A stretch of 57,970 nt of DNA from Moniliella sp. 'wahieum' (taxonomy: Eukaryota), in assembly GCA_003971905.1 (NCBI GenBank), contig RSEE01000118.1:124001-181970 (forward strand), given 5' to 3'. This document shows positions 24,255-34,759 of the stretch, piece by piece (position 1 is the first letter of the stretch; the number at the start of each line of letters is the position of its first letter). The notes below the pieces were generated by a model. It was given only the letters and a program-made list of their open reading frames with translations. It was not told the DNA's origin and did no database searches. The position numbers were made by a program, and so were the translations under genes.

Positions 24255-24497
24255 ACGGCGGTGGTATCGCTTGCCCAGCATGGGATTGGATAGGCTGGTA
24301 CCCGGTACCAGTCCTTGCCATACCAAGTCCCACCGTACTTCCCTCTTCCCTCATGCGCATCATTCATTCTGTATGCAAAAGACTGCCCTATATCCTGCAT
24401 TCTATTGACTCCGCTAGCTCGTAGATGCTGTCCAAAACACAGGGAATGTGTTGAGTGCGTGAGACCATTCCTGTTTGTGGGTACACAAGGCGAAATC

Positions 24498-24515
24498 AAA
24501 AAAAAAAATAAAAAA
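24498..24515 (-). terminator. RNA polymerase III terminator (T runs) of tRNA-His
   Basis: T6-A-T11 on the minus strand directly after the tRNA 3' end. Confidence 0.8.
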
Positions 24516-24516
24516 G

Positions 24517-24612
24517 TGACTGCGCCCAGAATCGAACTGAGAATAACAGAGCTCGTGGAGCTGTACGATCGTGAAGCCACAATCTGTCGTGATACCTTTT
24601 CACCACGCAATC
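24517..24612 (-). tRNA. tRNA-His (anticodon GTG) with 25-nt intron at 37/38 (24552-24576)
   Basis: Reverse complement folds as GATTGCG/CGCAGTC-A acceptor, GTGA-AAAGGTA-TCAC D arm, ACAGA/TCTGT anticodon stem with TT-GTG-G, and CTCAG-TTCGATT-CTGGG T arm. The intron has CCAC, complementary to GTGG. Confidence 0.93.
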
Positions 24613-24708
24613 TTAATAACCCGCCGCAGAGACTAGCTGAAATCCGTACCTCAGCTCTCTCCTGCTGAAGTTGCACCGATTCTGCTGGGCCGCTGGGCGA
24701 TTTTTGGC

Positions 24709-27700
24709 ATGGGTGTGCTGACGTTCGCGCGAGCCCGAACTTGATTGCTGCGACCGTGACGATGGCCAACACGGCCGTGTTTAAGCCTGCCGTCATCTTC
24801 CCAGGCACCACCAGTCTGGATGGTACACCAGAAGACGGCATTGCTGCTGTCCTAAATGCCGCTTCGGCGTCGGGGGTGCCACTAGAGTTGCTGGTCGACT
24901 CTACGCCGGCCTTGCCAGTGGTTGTCGCGCAAAGCGTCGAGACGTCGTTGCCGGAGCCCGTTGCTTCGCTCGATTCGGCTCCCGAGTCGGACTCTGCATT
25001 TCACACCGACACCGATGTGAATCTGCCTCCCGATGTGTCGACGGATCCCCTGCTCGCTTTGCGCAAACACACTTTTCGCAGAAGCGCGCCAAGCACGGGG
25101 AGCGCGCCGTGCCTGCCGCGCCCAAACGCGACTTGGGCATGCCTTCTCATCTGGCTGTGGGCCTGTGCGAGGGCGAGTTAATCTCGGTTCATGTCGGGGG
25201 GCCTGGGCGTAATATGCTTTTTGTTAATTCCCTCTCCAAGCCCATGGCCCGGTCCGACGAAGACGAAGACGAGGGCCAAGATGACGACCAGGGTCTTCTC
25301 GCCCCCTTGGATGGCGACCCGGATAAGGATCCAGAGGCGGAAGGCCCAAGGATGGATTTGTTCTCCATGCCAGCGCCATCCCTTCGCATGTGTTCCGCCT
25401 ACCCATTCATTCCGTGCAGATATGCTCAGCCCATGACACCCAGCCCCTCCCTTCCCCAAGTTTCCTCGCCCCTGGCTCATGGTGCAAACGCGCAACAAGC
25501 TCCTCTTGGCCAGCGTCGTGCGCAACTCGTCATGCCGTTCCGCACCAAGGGATTTCCACTCTACTCTCGGACCCTGATGGACTTTGATGGAGGCCTACCC
25601 GTCGACGTACAGGGCCAGCGAGTAGGAACCGACCCCTGGGGTGGGTGTGCTCTGGGTCTGTCTTCGTCGGGCATCTGTGCTCTTCTCGTTACCGAGGGGG
25701 GCAAGCTAGCGTGGTGGGTGCTTACTGATCCTCTTGAATCAAGGATTGAAATGGACGGAGAGTTGCCGGATTCGGACAGTCCCTGGCATGTCCTTGCGGG
25801 ACCGGGAGGGTCCTTTGTGGTCTGGAACGCCTCGCAAGTGCTTTTGCTGCAGCACCGGGACCCTGAGCTAACGGAGCGGTGGGAACAGACGTTGCTCTAT
25901 TTCGCCACTCCGCACAAGGCAATCGCGAGCCAAGACCAAGTGACCAGTGTCGTCTGTGCCCCGGCCCGCCGCGCAGGGAACGCAATCAAGGGATTGGTCT
26001 ATATTTCTACCTTGGCCGAAGTGGTCTGCCTCGACGTGTCTCCTACCCTCGTTCGGGGCCGAAGGGATGTTCCTTTGCGACCCCTTCGGATATGGGATCA
26101 TATGCGCGGACCAGATCCTTCCTTGACGTTGTCCCTACTTCCTTTGGCAGTGGAGGACGTGGATGCGAGGAGAGTTGGACTGTGCCTGATGCCGACCCAA
26201 TCGGGAGAGAGCCGAGGGAGAGACGGGTGCCGACTCTCCTCCTCTCCCGACCAATGACTTGAACTGGGGTGTAGAAGAGGGTGGGGACGAGGTGCATCAC
26301 ATGTCCTGCTCTCTCACGTTACTCGCGCGTTCTCACCGCTTATACCCCCTATCCTCTCCTCCCTTCCACTGGGCTGCCGCGCAGAACGGACTGTGTCCAC
26401 CAAGGGGGAGACGTACAGGTTCCTTCTCTTCTTCCTGAAGGTCTCTTGCCCTTTTCTGCACCATTACTTTTGCCTCTCGCTGCCTTGGCGCCCGGATGGG
26501 CGATGAGATACGATTGCCCTTATGCTTTGTTTCAGCTCGCTCACACTGGCACGGTGTCGGTGCTCGGTTTAGCTCATCGGACGAGCACGCTGTCGAACTT
26601 ACCGCCTCTTCCGGAGGGACGAGGAGGAGGAGGACGGTATTATGGAGGGGGAGTATGAGCTTTGGCATGACGGACCGGAGAAGCTGGAGCCCATTCCCGA
26701 TGGTCGAACTCGGATCTGGACCGCTGGACCCCCTCAGCGCCTAAGCACCCTTCCCTCTCTCCCCGTCGGCGGAAACAGATGGACATCTGTTGGAGGAGCT
26801 TGAGAAGCTATGCACCCCCCAGGCCAACACGTCCTCCTCACTATGCTCCCGCCCTCCCAAAGCGTCCCAAGCTAGCAGCGCACGAACAGTGGATTACAGC
26901 CGAATATGGATGAGCGCGTTGCACGGCCGCCTGGTGGAGGCTGCGCCAGGAATCCATCCAACTTCATTGGATGAGCTGCTCACATGTCTGGACGAGGACG
27001 AAGGGTTAGTGATGCCGCAGTCAACTACGGGTCGGGCCCCCAAGCTACTGTACGAGTTTATTCATTCCCTGATCGACCCTCCCGGCGCCCCGACCGGCGC
27101 ATTACCTTGCCTGCCATACATTCCTGTCCCGGACTCGGAGGCGGTTCATGAAGGCTATGCGGACGCGCTGCGTTCTGTCGAATTCACTCACGACACGACC
27201 CGTTAGGCGTGGACGAGAGCGTGGGTGTTGGTATCTCGTCCGTAGGCCCGGATGAAGGTCCATCATCCGAACGCTGGGCCCGTCAGATGGTCGAATGGGA
27301 TCTGCAACTTTCTTCCTCCCTGGTCGAGCTGTCTGGGGATCGTCGTATCTATTCCGAAGCTGGCTCTACCCTGGAGCGGGCCCAAGTCCAGTGCGAGTTT
27401 CGCATGCCCCCCGAACCTCCGTCGGACTACCCAGTACCGTATGGGCAGGCGTGGGCTCACCACTGTCCCCCCCTGCTGGTCCAAATCGACAAAACAATCT
27501 CATCCTACCCTCTCGGCCGACTCGGCAGCGGCATTGCTTCTGCTGCAAGACTGCCGACCCGTTGTCGGAGACGGACCGGCTGAGGGGACGGGCAAGATCC
27601 ATGTTACCATTTACCCAGGCCGGACGCAGAAGGAAGTATTTGCGGCGATAACGACGTTGCCACCCGTCTCGACGCTCGGCTTCGGCCTCGGTCCCCCAAC

Positions 27701-28020
27701 CCCGCACCGGAGCCGGACCCCTCGCTCCCAATCGCGCACCCCCGTCCACCGGGGGAGGACATGGTGAGCATGAGCCAGCCTCTACCGCTTCGCGATCGCT
27801 TGCCACCCCTTCCCGCGCCTTGGCTCAGACTCAGGTTCCGCAAGCCTTTGCGCCACCCCTACCTCGCTGCGCCCACGCGCATGCCCCGACCGCAGTTATC
27901 TTCTCAACCCACCGCTCTGTCCTCGTCGCAGCCCGTCACGGCCTCGCAAGCGGTTCCGGGTGTTCATGCCAACCGTGCCCGGAAGCCCGCAGCCAAGCGG
28001 AGGCGGTTGGGCGGCTTTGA
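24709..28020 (+). CDS. RRN6: Probable RNA polymerase I core factor subunit Rrn6 (TAF1C-like); heavily frameshifted
   Basis: About 3.3 kb of chained + strand ORFs with beta-rich middle segments. The terminus SQPVTASQAVPGVHANRARKPAAKRRRLGGF* resembles the SQ-rich, basic ...GF end of fungal Rrn6. The call rests mainly on this tail. Confidence 0.5.
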
Positions 28021-28377
28021 CCCCCAATGCCCACATTCTCTCTCCTGTGCCAATCCTGCTGCGTCAACTCCAACGAAATGAGGGTACTATGAACATCAAC
28101 AAGAGCGCGTGTAATGCCATATGTTTTGAGCAATAGTGTGCGCATGGCGTTTTGGAGCATGGGTGCTAAGCAAGCATAAGAACACGCACAAGAGCGCACC
28201 CACAGCAAAGGTTGACGCTGGTGACGCCAGCCGAACCACCCTTAGCACAACGAATACATGGATCCAATGCAAAGAGTAGGGGCAGAGTACAGAGGAGGAA
28301 CATAGGCTCATGAGCATCCTGTTGCGAGAGGCATCACCATGCTCAACAGGGGCACTAGCCAAGGAAACCACGGTGGT

Positions 28378-28769
28378 TTAGTTCTCCTCCGAGCGCACGC
28401 GAGCGTTGGCGTTGGTCACCTTGACGCCGAGGGCCTTGGCCTGCTCGAGAATCAGGACACGCTTCTGGAAGAAACGTTGTGCGCAATCTCTGCAGCGTAG
28501 GTCGTGTTGTGCATCAGCAGCAAGTTCACGTCTTGCGGGTTGGACACGACGAAGCGACGGAAGCCATTGGGCATCAGGTACCGCGTCTTCTTGTTCGACC
28601 CGTACCCAATCTTGGGCATCTTGGTCACGTCGCGGAAGCGGCGGCGGACGACCGAGTCGATACCCTTGGGCTTACGCCACGAGGTGGCAAGACGCTTGTA
28701 GCGGTCCGCATGGTGGCGGGTAAACTTCTTGGTGCGCTTCTTGACGATGGGGATGGTAGTGGCCGCCAT
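28378..28769 (-). CDS. RPL32: 60S ribosomal protein eL32 (one frameshift near 28460)
   Basis: [49 protein letters not shown]...[10 protein letters not shown], and [17 protein letters not shown]. Confidence 0.97.
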
Positions 28770-28774
28770 GTTGC

Positions 28775-28957
28775 CTGAGCACGACAGCAATCAACAATCA
28801 TCAATCAGTCAGTCCCCCCTGCGTCCTTCCAGGTCGCAACACTTTCCGCTGGAGACAGCCAAATAGGCACCACGGCCCACGCGCAAAAGGCTTCCAAGAG
28901 GCTTCTGGCGCAATTGGCGCCGTCCCAGTAAATAGCGCCCCCCCGGCTGACACGTAC
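28775..28957 (-). other. 5'-UTR intron of RPL32
   Basis: GTACGT donor, CTGAC branch, CAG acceptor 5 nt before the ATG. Confidence 0.7.
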
Positions 28958-29251
28958 CTTCTTGGTGTGTCGGTGGGTAAGTCCCTGCTTCGGTGGGACG
29001 GGCCTGCGGTGGTGGCCACGCTGTTCTGGCCCGCAGGCGCGTTAGGGTTGGCATGCAACGGACGCATTAATTCGCCGCAGCGATGCGGCCAGAGCAGTGA
29101 CACTGTTTTGTGAAAGCATTGAACACTGGCGCCGTGCGAGCTTTAAGTGTTGAACTTGCTTCTTGCCAGCCTCTTTCGCCGCCCGGTGCCCGTCACCCCA
29201 TGTGGCTCGGACGCCCGCCTTGTTCCCACCACCGCGACCACGAACCCCACG

Positions 29252-29334
29252 GTATGTCCGTTGCTCTTGCCATCGTTCTCATCCCCCTCTCATTCCATGG
29301 GTTCGTGACTCTCATCTGACCTGCTCACGTCTAG
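29252..29334 (+). other. 5'-UTR intron of RPL16
   Basis: GTATGT donor, CTGAC branch, TAG acceptor 6 nt before the ATG. Confidence 0.75.
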
Positions 29335-29340
29335 CCAACC

Positions 29341-29955
29341 ATGTCGTCGATGTCTGCTTCTCCCGTTGTGATTGACGGCAAAGGCCACCTGCTCGGTCGT
29401 CTGGCCTCGGTTGTTGCCAAGCAGGCCCTGTCGGGCCAATCGGTGGTTGTGGTCCGCACGGAGCTGATCAATGTGTCGGGCAGCTTCTTCCGCAACAAGT
29501 TGAAGTACCATGCTTACCTCCACAAGACCCACTGCTACAACCCTTCCAAAGGTGGGCCGTGGCACGAGCGTGCGCCCTCGCGTATCCTCCACAAGGCCAT
29601 CCGCGGGATGATTCCCCACAAGACGGCCCGTGGCAAGGCGGCGCTGGCTAAGATCACCCTGCTGGAGGGTGTGCCGTCGCCATACGACGCCAAGAAGAAG
29701 GTTGTCGTTCCTGCTGCTCTTCGTGTCCTCCGCCTCAAGCCCGGGCGCAACTACGCCACGCTGAAGCGCATCTCGTCCGAGTTTGGCTGGAAGTACGAGG
29801 GTGTGGTGGCCAAGCTGGAGGAGAAGCGCCTTGTGCGCGCTGCTGCCTACCAGGAGCGCAAGGTGGCTGCCCTGAAGAAGAAGCAGGCTGCCCTTGCCGG
29901 CGCCACCGGCGCCCTGGCCGAGGTCAACCAGAAGCTTGCGGTCTACGGCTTCTAA
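29341..29955 (+). CDS. RPL16: 60S ribosomal protein uL13 (L16/L13A)
   Basis: Intact 204-aa [72 protein letters not shown]. Confidence 0.98.
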   Translation: MSSMSASPVVIDGKGHLLGRLASVVAKQALSGQSVVVVRTELINVSGSFFRNKLKYHAYLHKTHCYNPSKGGPWHERAPSRILHKAIRGMIPHKTARGKAALAKITLLEGVPSPYDAKKKVVVPAALRVLRLKPGRNYATLKRISSEFGWKYEGVVAKLEEKRLVRAAAYQERKVAALKKKQAALAGATGALAEVNQKLAVYGF

Positions 29956-30483
29956 TCGGCTTGCACTTGGAAATGGTCCTTAGCTCCCTTGAGGCTTCCC
30001 CTCCGCGCTCGGTGCATATATTTCTTCTCGACATTTGATCCGCTCTTGCGCACGCCAATGGCCATCCTTTTTTCCTTCCTCCCCTGCTCCCCTTCCCATC
30101 CAAAATCCCCCATGCGGGCTTGACGCACAGCCTTGTCCCGATTCCTTCGCTGCGGTGGCAGAAGCGTTTGCCGACAGTCTCCTGCCTTGGGGCTGCCCGG
30201 TCCCAACCCATGTATTTTCAATGCATCGCATGCCCTATCGGGCATGTGTCCTAGGCTTCCATTGACTTGTAGGGGTTGCACTCTCTTTGTTAGGATCATA
30301 TCAGCGTCCTACCCGCCTCGCCTCAATAGGGTGCTGGGTTCTGGCGACGCCCTGCCTGTAGCAGGCCAACTTAGCGGGTTGCTTGCTGCTGTTGCGTAAC
30401 AAACGGGTGTCGTGTTGTGTCTGCAGTGTAAATCCCGGCCTTAGCCCAGATCGACCATCCCGAGGGTTGCAACCGAGCAGCTG

Positions 30484-30718
30484 CCACGTGGAAGGCTGCT
30501 GACGGGCTGCCGGCGCTGCTGTTCGGTCGTCTTCGTGGCGCACCAGCCCAGTGTGGGCCTGCTGACGTGGAAGCACATCAGTGCATGCGCCCGACGAAGA
30601 CGACGCGCAGGCAGGGGTCAGTGTGCAGGCTGGCTGCGGCACAGCGGCAGTGCCACGTGGCTGCGGCGGTCCGAGGTGGGGCGGGGCGAGGCGGAGGAAG
30701 AAGGCGGAGGTATAAATA
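30484..30718 (+). promoter_or_regulatory. KAR2 promoter with UPRE-like TGACGTGG (30563), two CCACGTGG boxes (30484, 30653) and TATA box (30711)
   Basis: Motifs read directly. ACGT-core sites are bound by Hac1/XBP1-type bZIP factors and BiP is the classic UPR target. Confidence 0.65.
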
Positions 30719-30804
30719 CAGCTGCTGGCCGCTGGCGTCGGCCAAGGCGTCCCCCCACCAACCACCCAGCCAGCCACACCTGCGGTTGTGCTTGTGCGTC
30801 TGCG

Positions 30805-32916
30805 ATGGCTGTCCGCCTCTTCTCCCCCGCCTCCGCCCGTTCGGGCTGGCGCCCGTCGCTCGCCTCGGCCTTCTTTGCGCTGGTCGCCCTGTTTGCGTTT
30901 GTTGCCACCTTGGCCCCCGCCTCGGTCGGCGTGGTGGCGCAGGACAAGAAGAGCGAGTACGGCACAGTGATCGGTATTGACCTGGGTACCACCTACTCCT
31001 GCGTTGGTGTCCAGCGCCAGGGCCGCGTCGAGATTATTACCAACGACCAGGGCAACCGTATCACTCCTTCCTACGTGGCCTTTACTGAGGATGGCGAGCG
31101 TCTCGTCGGAGACGCTGCCAAAAACCAGGCTGCTCAGAACCCGGAAAACACTGTGTATGTTGTCTTCCGTTCCCTCCCCGTTTGGGGCACATCCATCTGT
31201 CACGCTGCCGTGTATACTGACCCTTGTCCGTGCCCAGCTTTGATGCCAAGCGTCTGATTGGTCGCAAGTGGGGCGACGCTGAAGTGAAGCGGGACGCGAA
31301 GCTCTTCCCCTTCCACCTGGTCGAGAAGGCTGGTAAGCCTGCAATTCAAGTCCAGGTCAACGGTAAGGACCGTGTGTTCACTCCCGAGGAAATCTCGGCC
31401 ATGATTCTGGGCAAGATGAAGGAGACGGCCGAGGCGTACCTGAACCAAAAGGTCACTCACGCTGTCGTTACCGTTCCCGCCTACTTTAACGACGCCCAAC
31501 GTCAGGCTACCAAGGACGCTGGTACCATTGCCGGTCTTCAAGTGCTGCGTATCGTCAACGAGCCTACTGCGGCTGCGATTGCATATGGTTTGGACAAGAA
31601 GGGTGGCGAGAGCCAGATCATCGTCTACGACTTGGGTGGTGGCACGTTCGACGTGTCGCTGCTGTCGATTGAGGATGGTGTGTTTGAGGTCCTGGCCACC
31701 GCCGGTGACACGCACTTGGGTGGCGAGGACTTTGACAACCGTGTCTCGCAGTACATTCTCAAGCAGTTCAAGAAGAAGTCGAACCTGGATGCGTCCAAGA
31801 ACAAGCGCAGTGTCGGCAAGTTGAAGCGCGAGGTGGAGCGTGCCAAGCGTACTCTTCCTCTCAGATGTCGACCAAGATTGAGATTGAGGCCTTCTTTGAG
31901 GGCGAGGACCTGAGCGAGACGTTGACCCGGGCCAAGTTTGAGGAGTTGAACCTGGAACTCTTCCGCCGCACCCTCAAGCCCGTTGAGCAAGTGCTGAAGG
32001 ACGCGGTGTCAAGAAGGAAGATGTTGACGATGTCGTTCTTGTGGGTGGCTCCACCCGCATTCCCAAGGTGCAGTCGCTCCTCAAGGACTTCTTCAATGGC
32101 AAGGAGCCCAGCCGTGGGATCAACCCTGACGAGGCTGTCGCTTGGGGTGCCGCGGTGCAGGGTGGTGTCCTGGCTGGTGACGACACGCTTGGTGACGTGG
32201 TCTTGATTGATGTCAACCCCCTGACTCTTGGTATCGAGACGACGGGCGGTGTGATGACCAAGCTGATTCCCCGCAACACGGTTGTGCCCACCAAGAAGAG
32301 CCAGATCTTTTCGACCGCGGCCGACAACCAGAATGTGGTGTTGATTCAAGTGTTTGAGGGTGAGCGTACGATGACCAAGGACAACAACCGTCTCGGCAAG
32401 TTTGAGCTCACCAACATTCCCCCCGCCCCTCGTGGCGTGCCGCAAATTGAGGTGACGTTTGAGCTGGATGCCAATGGTATCCTCAAGGTCTCGGCCCACG
32501 ACAAGGGTACGGGCCGTTCGGAGAGCATCACCATTACCAACGACAAGGGTCGCCTGAGTCAAGAGGACATTGACCGTATGATCCAAGAGGCCGAAGAGTT
32601 TGCCGAGCAGGACGAGGCTTTGCGCAAGCGTGTTGAGGCGCTTAACAACTTGCAGTCCTTTGTTGCTACCCTTCGCACCCAGATCTCCGACAAGGACGGT
32701 CTCGGTGGCAAGCTGGACGAGGACGACAAGGACACGATCAAGTCCCTCAAGGACACTGAGTCGTGGCTGGAGGACAACTCGTCGTCGGCCGAGGCACAGG
32801 ACATTGAGGAGCAGCTCTCGGAGCTCCAGGCGGCAGTTGCACCCATCACTTCCAAGGTGTACCAGCAGTCTGGCGGCGCCGCGGACGATGAGGACACGTA
32901 CCATGACGACTTGTAG
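30805..32916 (+). CDS. KAR2: ER Hsp70 chaperone BiP (intron 31155-31237; frameshifts near 31860 and 32010)
   Basis: Signal peptide, [64 protein letters not shown]-terminal HDDL*. Confidence 0.97.
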
Positions 32917-34120
32917 GTCGGCTGTTTGGCTGAACACGGCCCATCGCTGTCGCCCTCGCGTCTTGTTGACTGCATCCTATGTACAATTACCTTTCCCCAA
33001 AATGAGCACTCTGCACACCCTTTTGGTCTGATCGAGATCTGATCCCCTATACTATCTCAGTAGGCAAGCGTCGTAGGCAGGTAGGCAAACGTCTCTCTGT
33101 GGGAAGATCGCAGGAGTGTTGCGACGGTGCGCGTGTGGTCAATGTGTGGAACACTTGTTTCGTCGATTGTGACATGTGCACCTGCCACATGCATGTCAAT
33201 ATTCAATCCTCTCGAGGAACCAACGTCTGCGCGCACCGCACACCGCCACGTGGATAGGATTTAGGGTATACGAGGAGAGATGGCTTGGGACAGCAAAAGG
33301 CCCACCGAGTACGGCGTGTACGACTGAGTGAGCACTCAGACTGAGCGCTGAGCCACAGATGCGAGGCAGGTCTCGGCTGCATCATGTGCCTGGTGGGTGA
33401 CTAGTGACTAGTGACTAGCGGCATGCCTACACACTGGTCACTTGCTTCACTCATCGCAATGTGCTTACGTGCCAGCCCACCACGCCCCAGGCCCCACCCG
33501 GACGGAGAGTGCAAGGGAGCCGATGGAATTTGCAACACAAAAAGCCCAGCATCCCACCGCTGAGCGCTGGCGCTGATCACCTCCCCTGCCGATCATCATC
33601 ACCGGCTGCCAAGCATTTTATTTCTTCTCTCTCTGGCCGCCCGGAGCTTTCCGTGAACCTTTCGGCAGCTTCGACCTGAGCCTGAGCGCGCTCAGCTTCA
33701 GCGAGCCCAACTCAGCGTGGCAGACACAACATCATCCATCATCCATCCGGCCTCAGCGCGCCTCAGCGCCTCAGCGCGCTCAGCCAGCCAGCCCAGCTCT
33801 GAGCCGCTCAGCGGCTCAGGACTCAGTGTGCTCAGCCTGAGCGCTCACCTGAGGCTCAGGTTCAAGTCTGAGGCCGAGCGCACCAGTCAAGCTCCAAGAG
33901 TTTCAAGCTTCAAGCTCTTCAAGTCCCTTAGCAAAGTCACTCTTTCATTATTCGACCTAGACCCACAACCCGCGTACCTGGCGACCCACCCTCGCTATAG
34001 GCCTCAAGTGTTGGCCTGTTGGCCCCGCTGCAACAGGTACAACCGCCAGTGCTGGTCTTGTCTGCCTCTCTTGTCCTCATCCATCCGCCCACCTAGTCCC
34101 TTTGTCTGACCCACACCACC

Positions 34121-34615
34121 ATGGCCAACAACGCCTTAGCTAATGACTTGGCCAAAACATTCTGCCTCCCCTTCTTGAGCCAGTGTACGTCCCCCCCTCA
34201 GGCCTCACAGGCCTCATCAATCACCCTCCTGCCGAGAAAAGGTCGTACGCACGCTAACGAGAAGGCACGCATCCACCTGGTGATCCCGTCCTCCAGCAAG
34301 CCTGTGTCAAACAGTGTGCGGATGCGGGTGTCTAGGCCACCAATTGGCTGTTGTTGGCACGCAGGCGACTTTGATGCTGCGGACCAGGAGGAGGACTTGG
34401 CAGCGGCCCAGGCCGAGGCTCAGCGTTACAAAGAAGAGCGCGCCCGGGCGAAGCAGCTCCGTGCCGGCCAAGCACCTAGCATGACAGCTTCCACCGTCTA
34501 TGCGCCCCAGCAGGATCAGCATACCCACGAGAAGGCTCACGAGAAGCACACGGAATCCTCCCCTCATTCCTCCTCGGATGAGCATGAGCTACAAGCACCG
34601 CCGACAGCTCAATGA
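34121..34615 (+). CDS. Small hypothetical protein with Cys-rich segment and short helical region (probable intron 34185-34296)
   Basis: Good ATG context (CACCACCATGG), GTACGT donor, GCTAAC branch and CAG acceptor. The spliced product reads FCLPFLSQSSLCQTVCGCGCLG, with a later frame giving GCC..GDFDAADQEEDLAAAQAEAQRYKEER. Confidence 0.45.
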   Translation: MANNALANDLAKTFCLPFLSQCTSPPQASQASSITLLPRKGRTHANEKARIHLVIPSSSKPVSNSVRMRVSRPPIGCCWHAGDFDAADQEEDLAAAQAEAQRYKEERARAKQLRAGQAPSMTASTVYAPQQDQHTHEKAHEKHTESSPHSSSDEHELQAPPTAQ

Positions 34616-34759
34616 CTTACCCTTTGTTGTCGGTCGTCATACGTTTTCGCCTTCTGAACATATTGCCTCTTACGCACCTCTTTCTGCCTCTCCCTTCATG
34701 CATATTTCTCCTTTTGGGCCACACATCTTGCCTGAACCGCCATGCTATTTCCAGCCACC

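Noticed and set aside
24612..24613. tRNA-His lacking an encoded G-1
   Set aside because: Normal for eukaryotes, where Thg1 adds G-1 after transcription.
29042..29049. TTAGGG as an interstitial telomere remnant
   Set aside because: Single copy only; better treated as a possible promoter motif.
30301..32975. Long antisense ORFs opposite KAR2 (and similar ones opposite RNR1, NOB1 and MAM3)
   Set aside because: Expected shadow ORFs from high-GC codon bias; antisense ORFs over Hsp70 genes are a well-known artefact.
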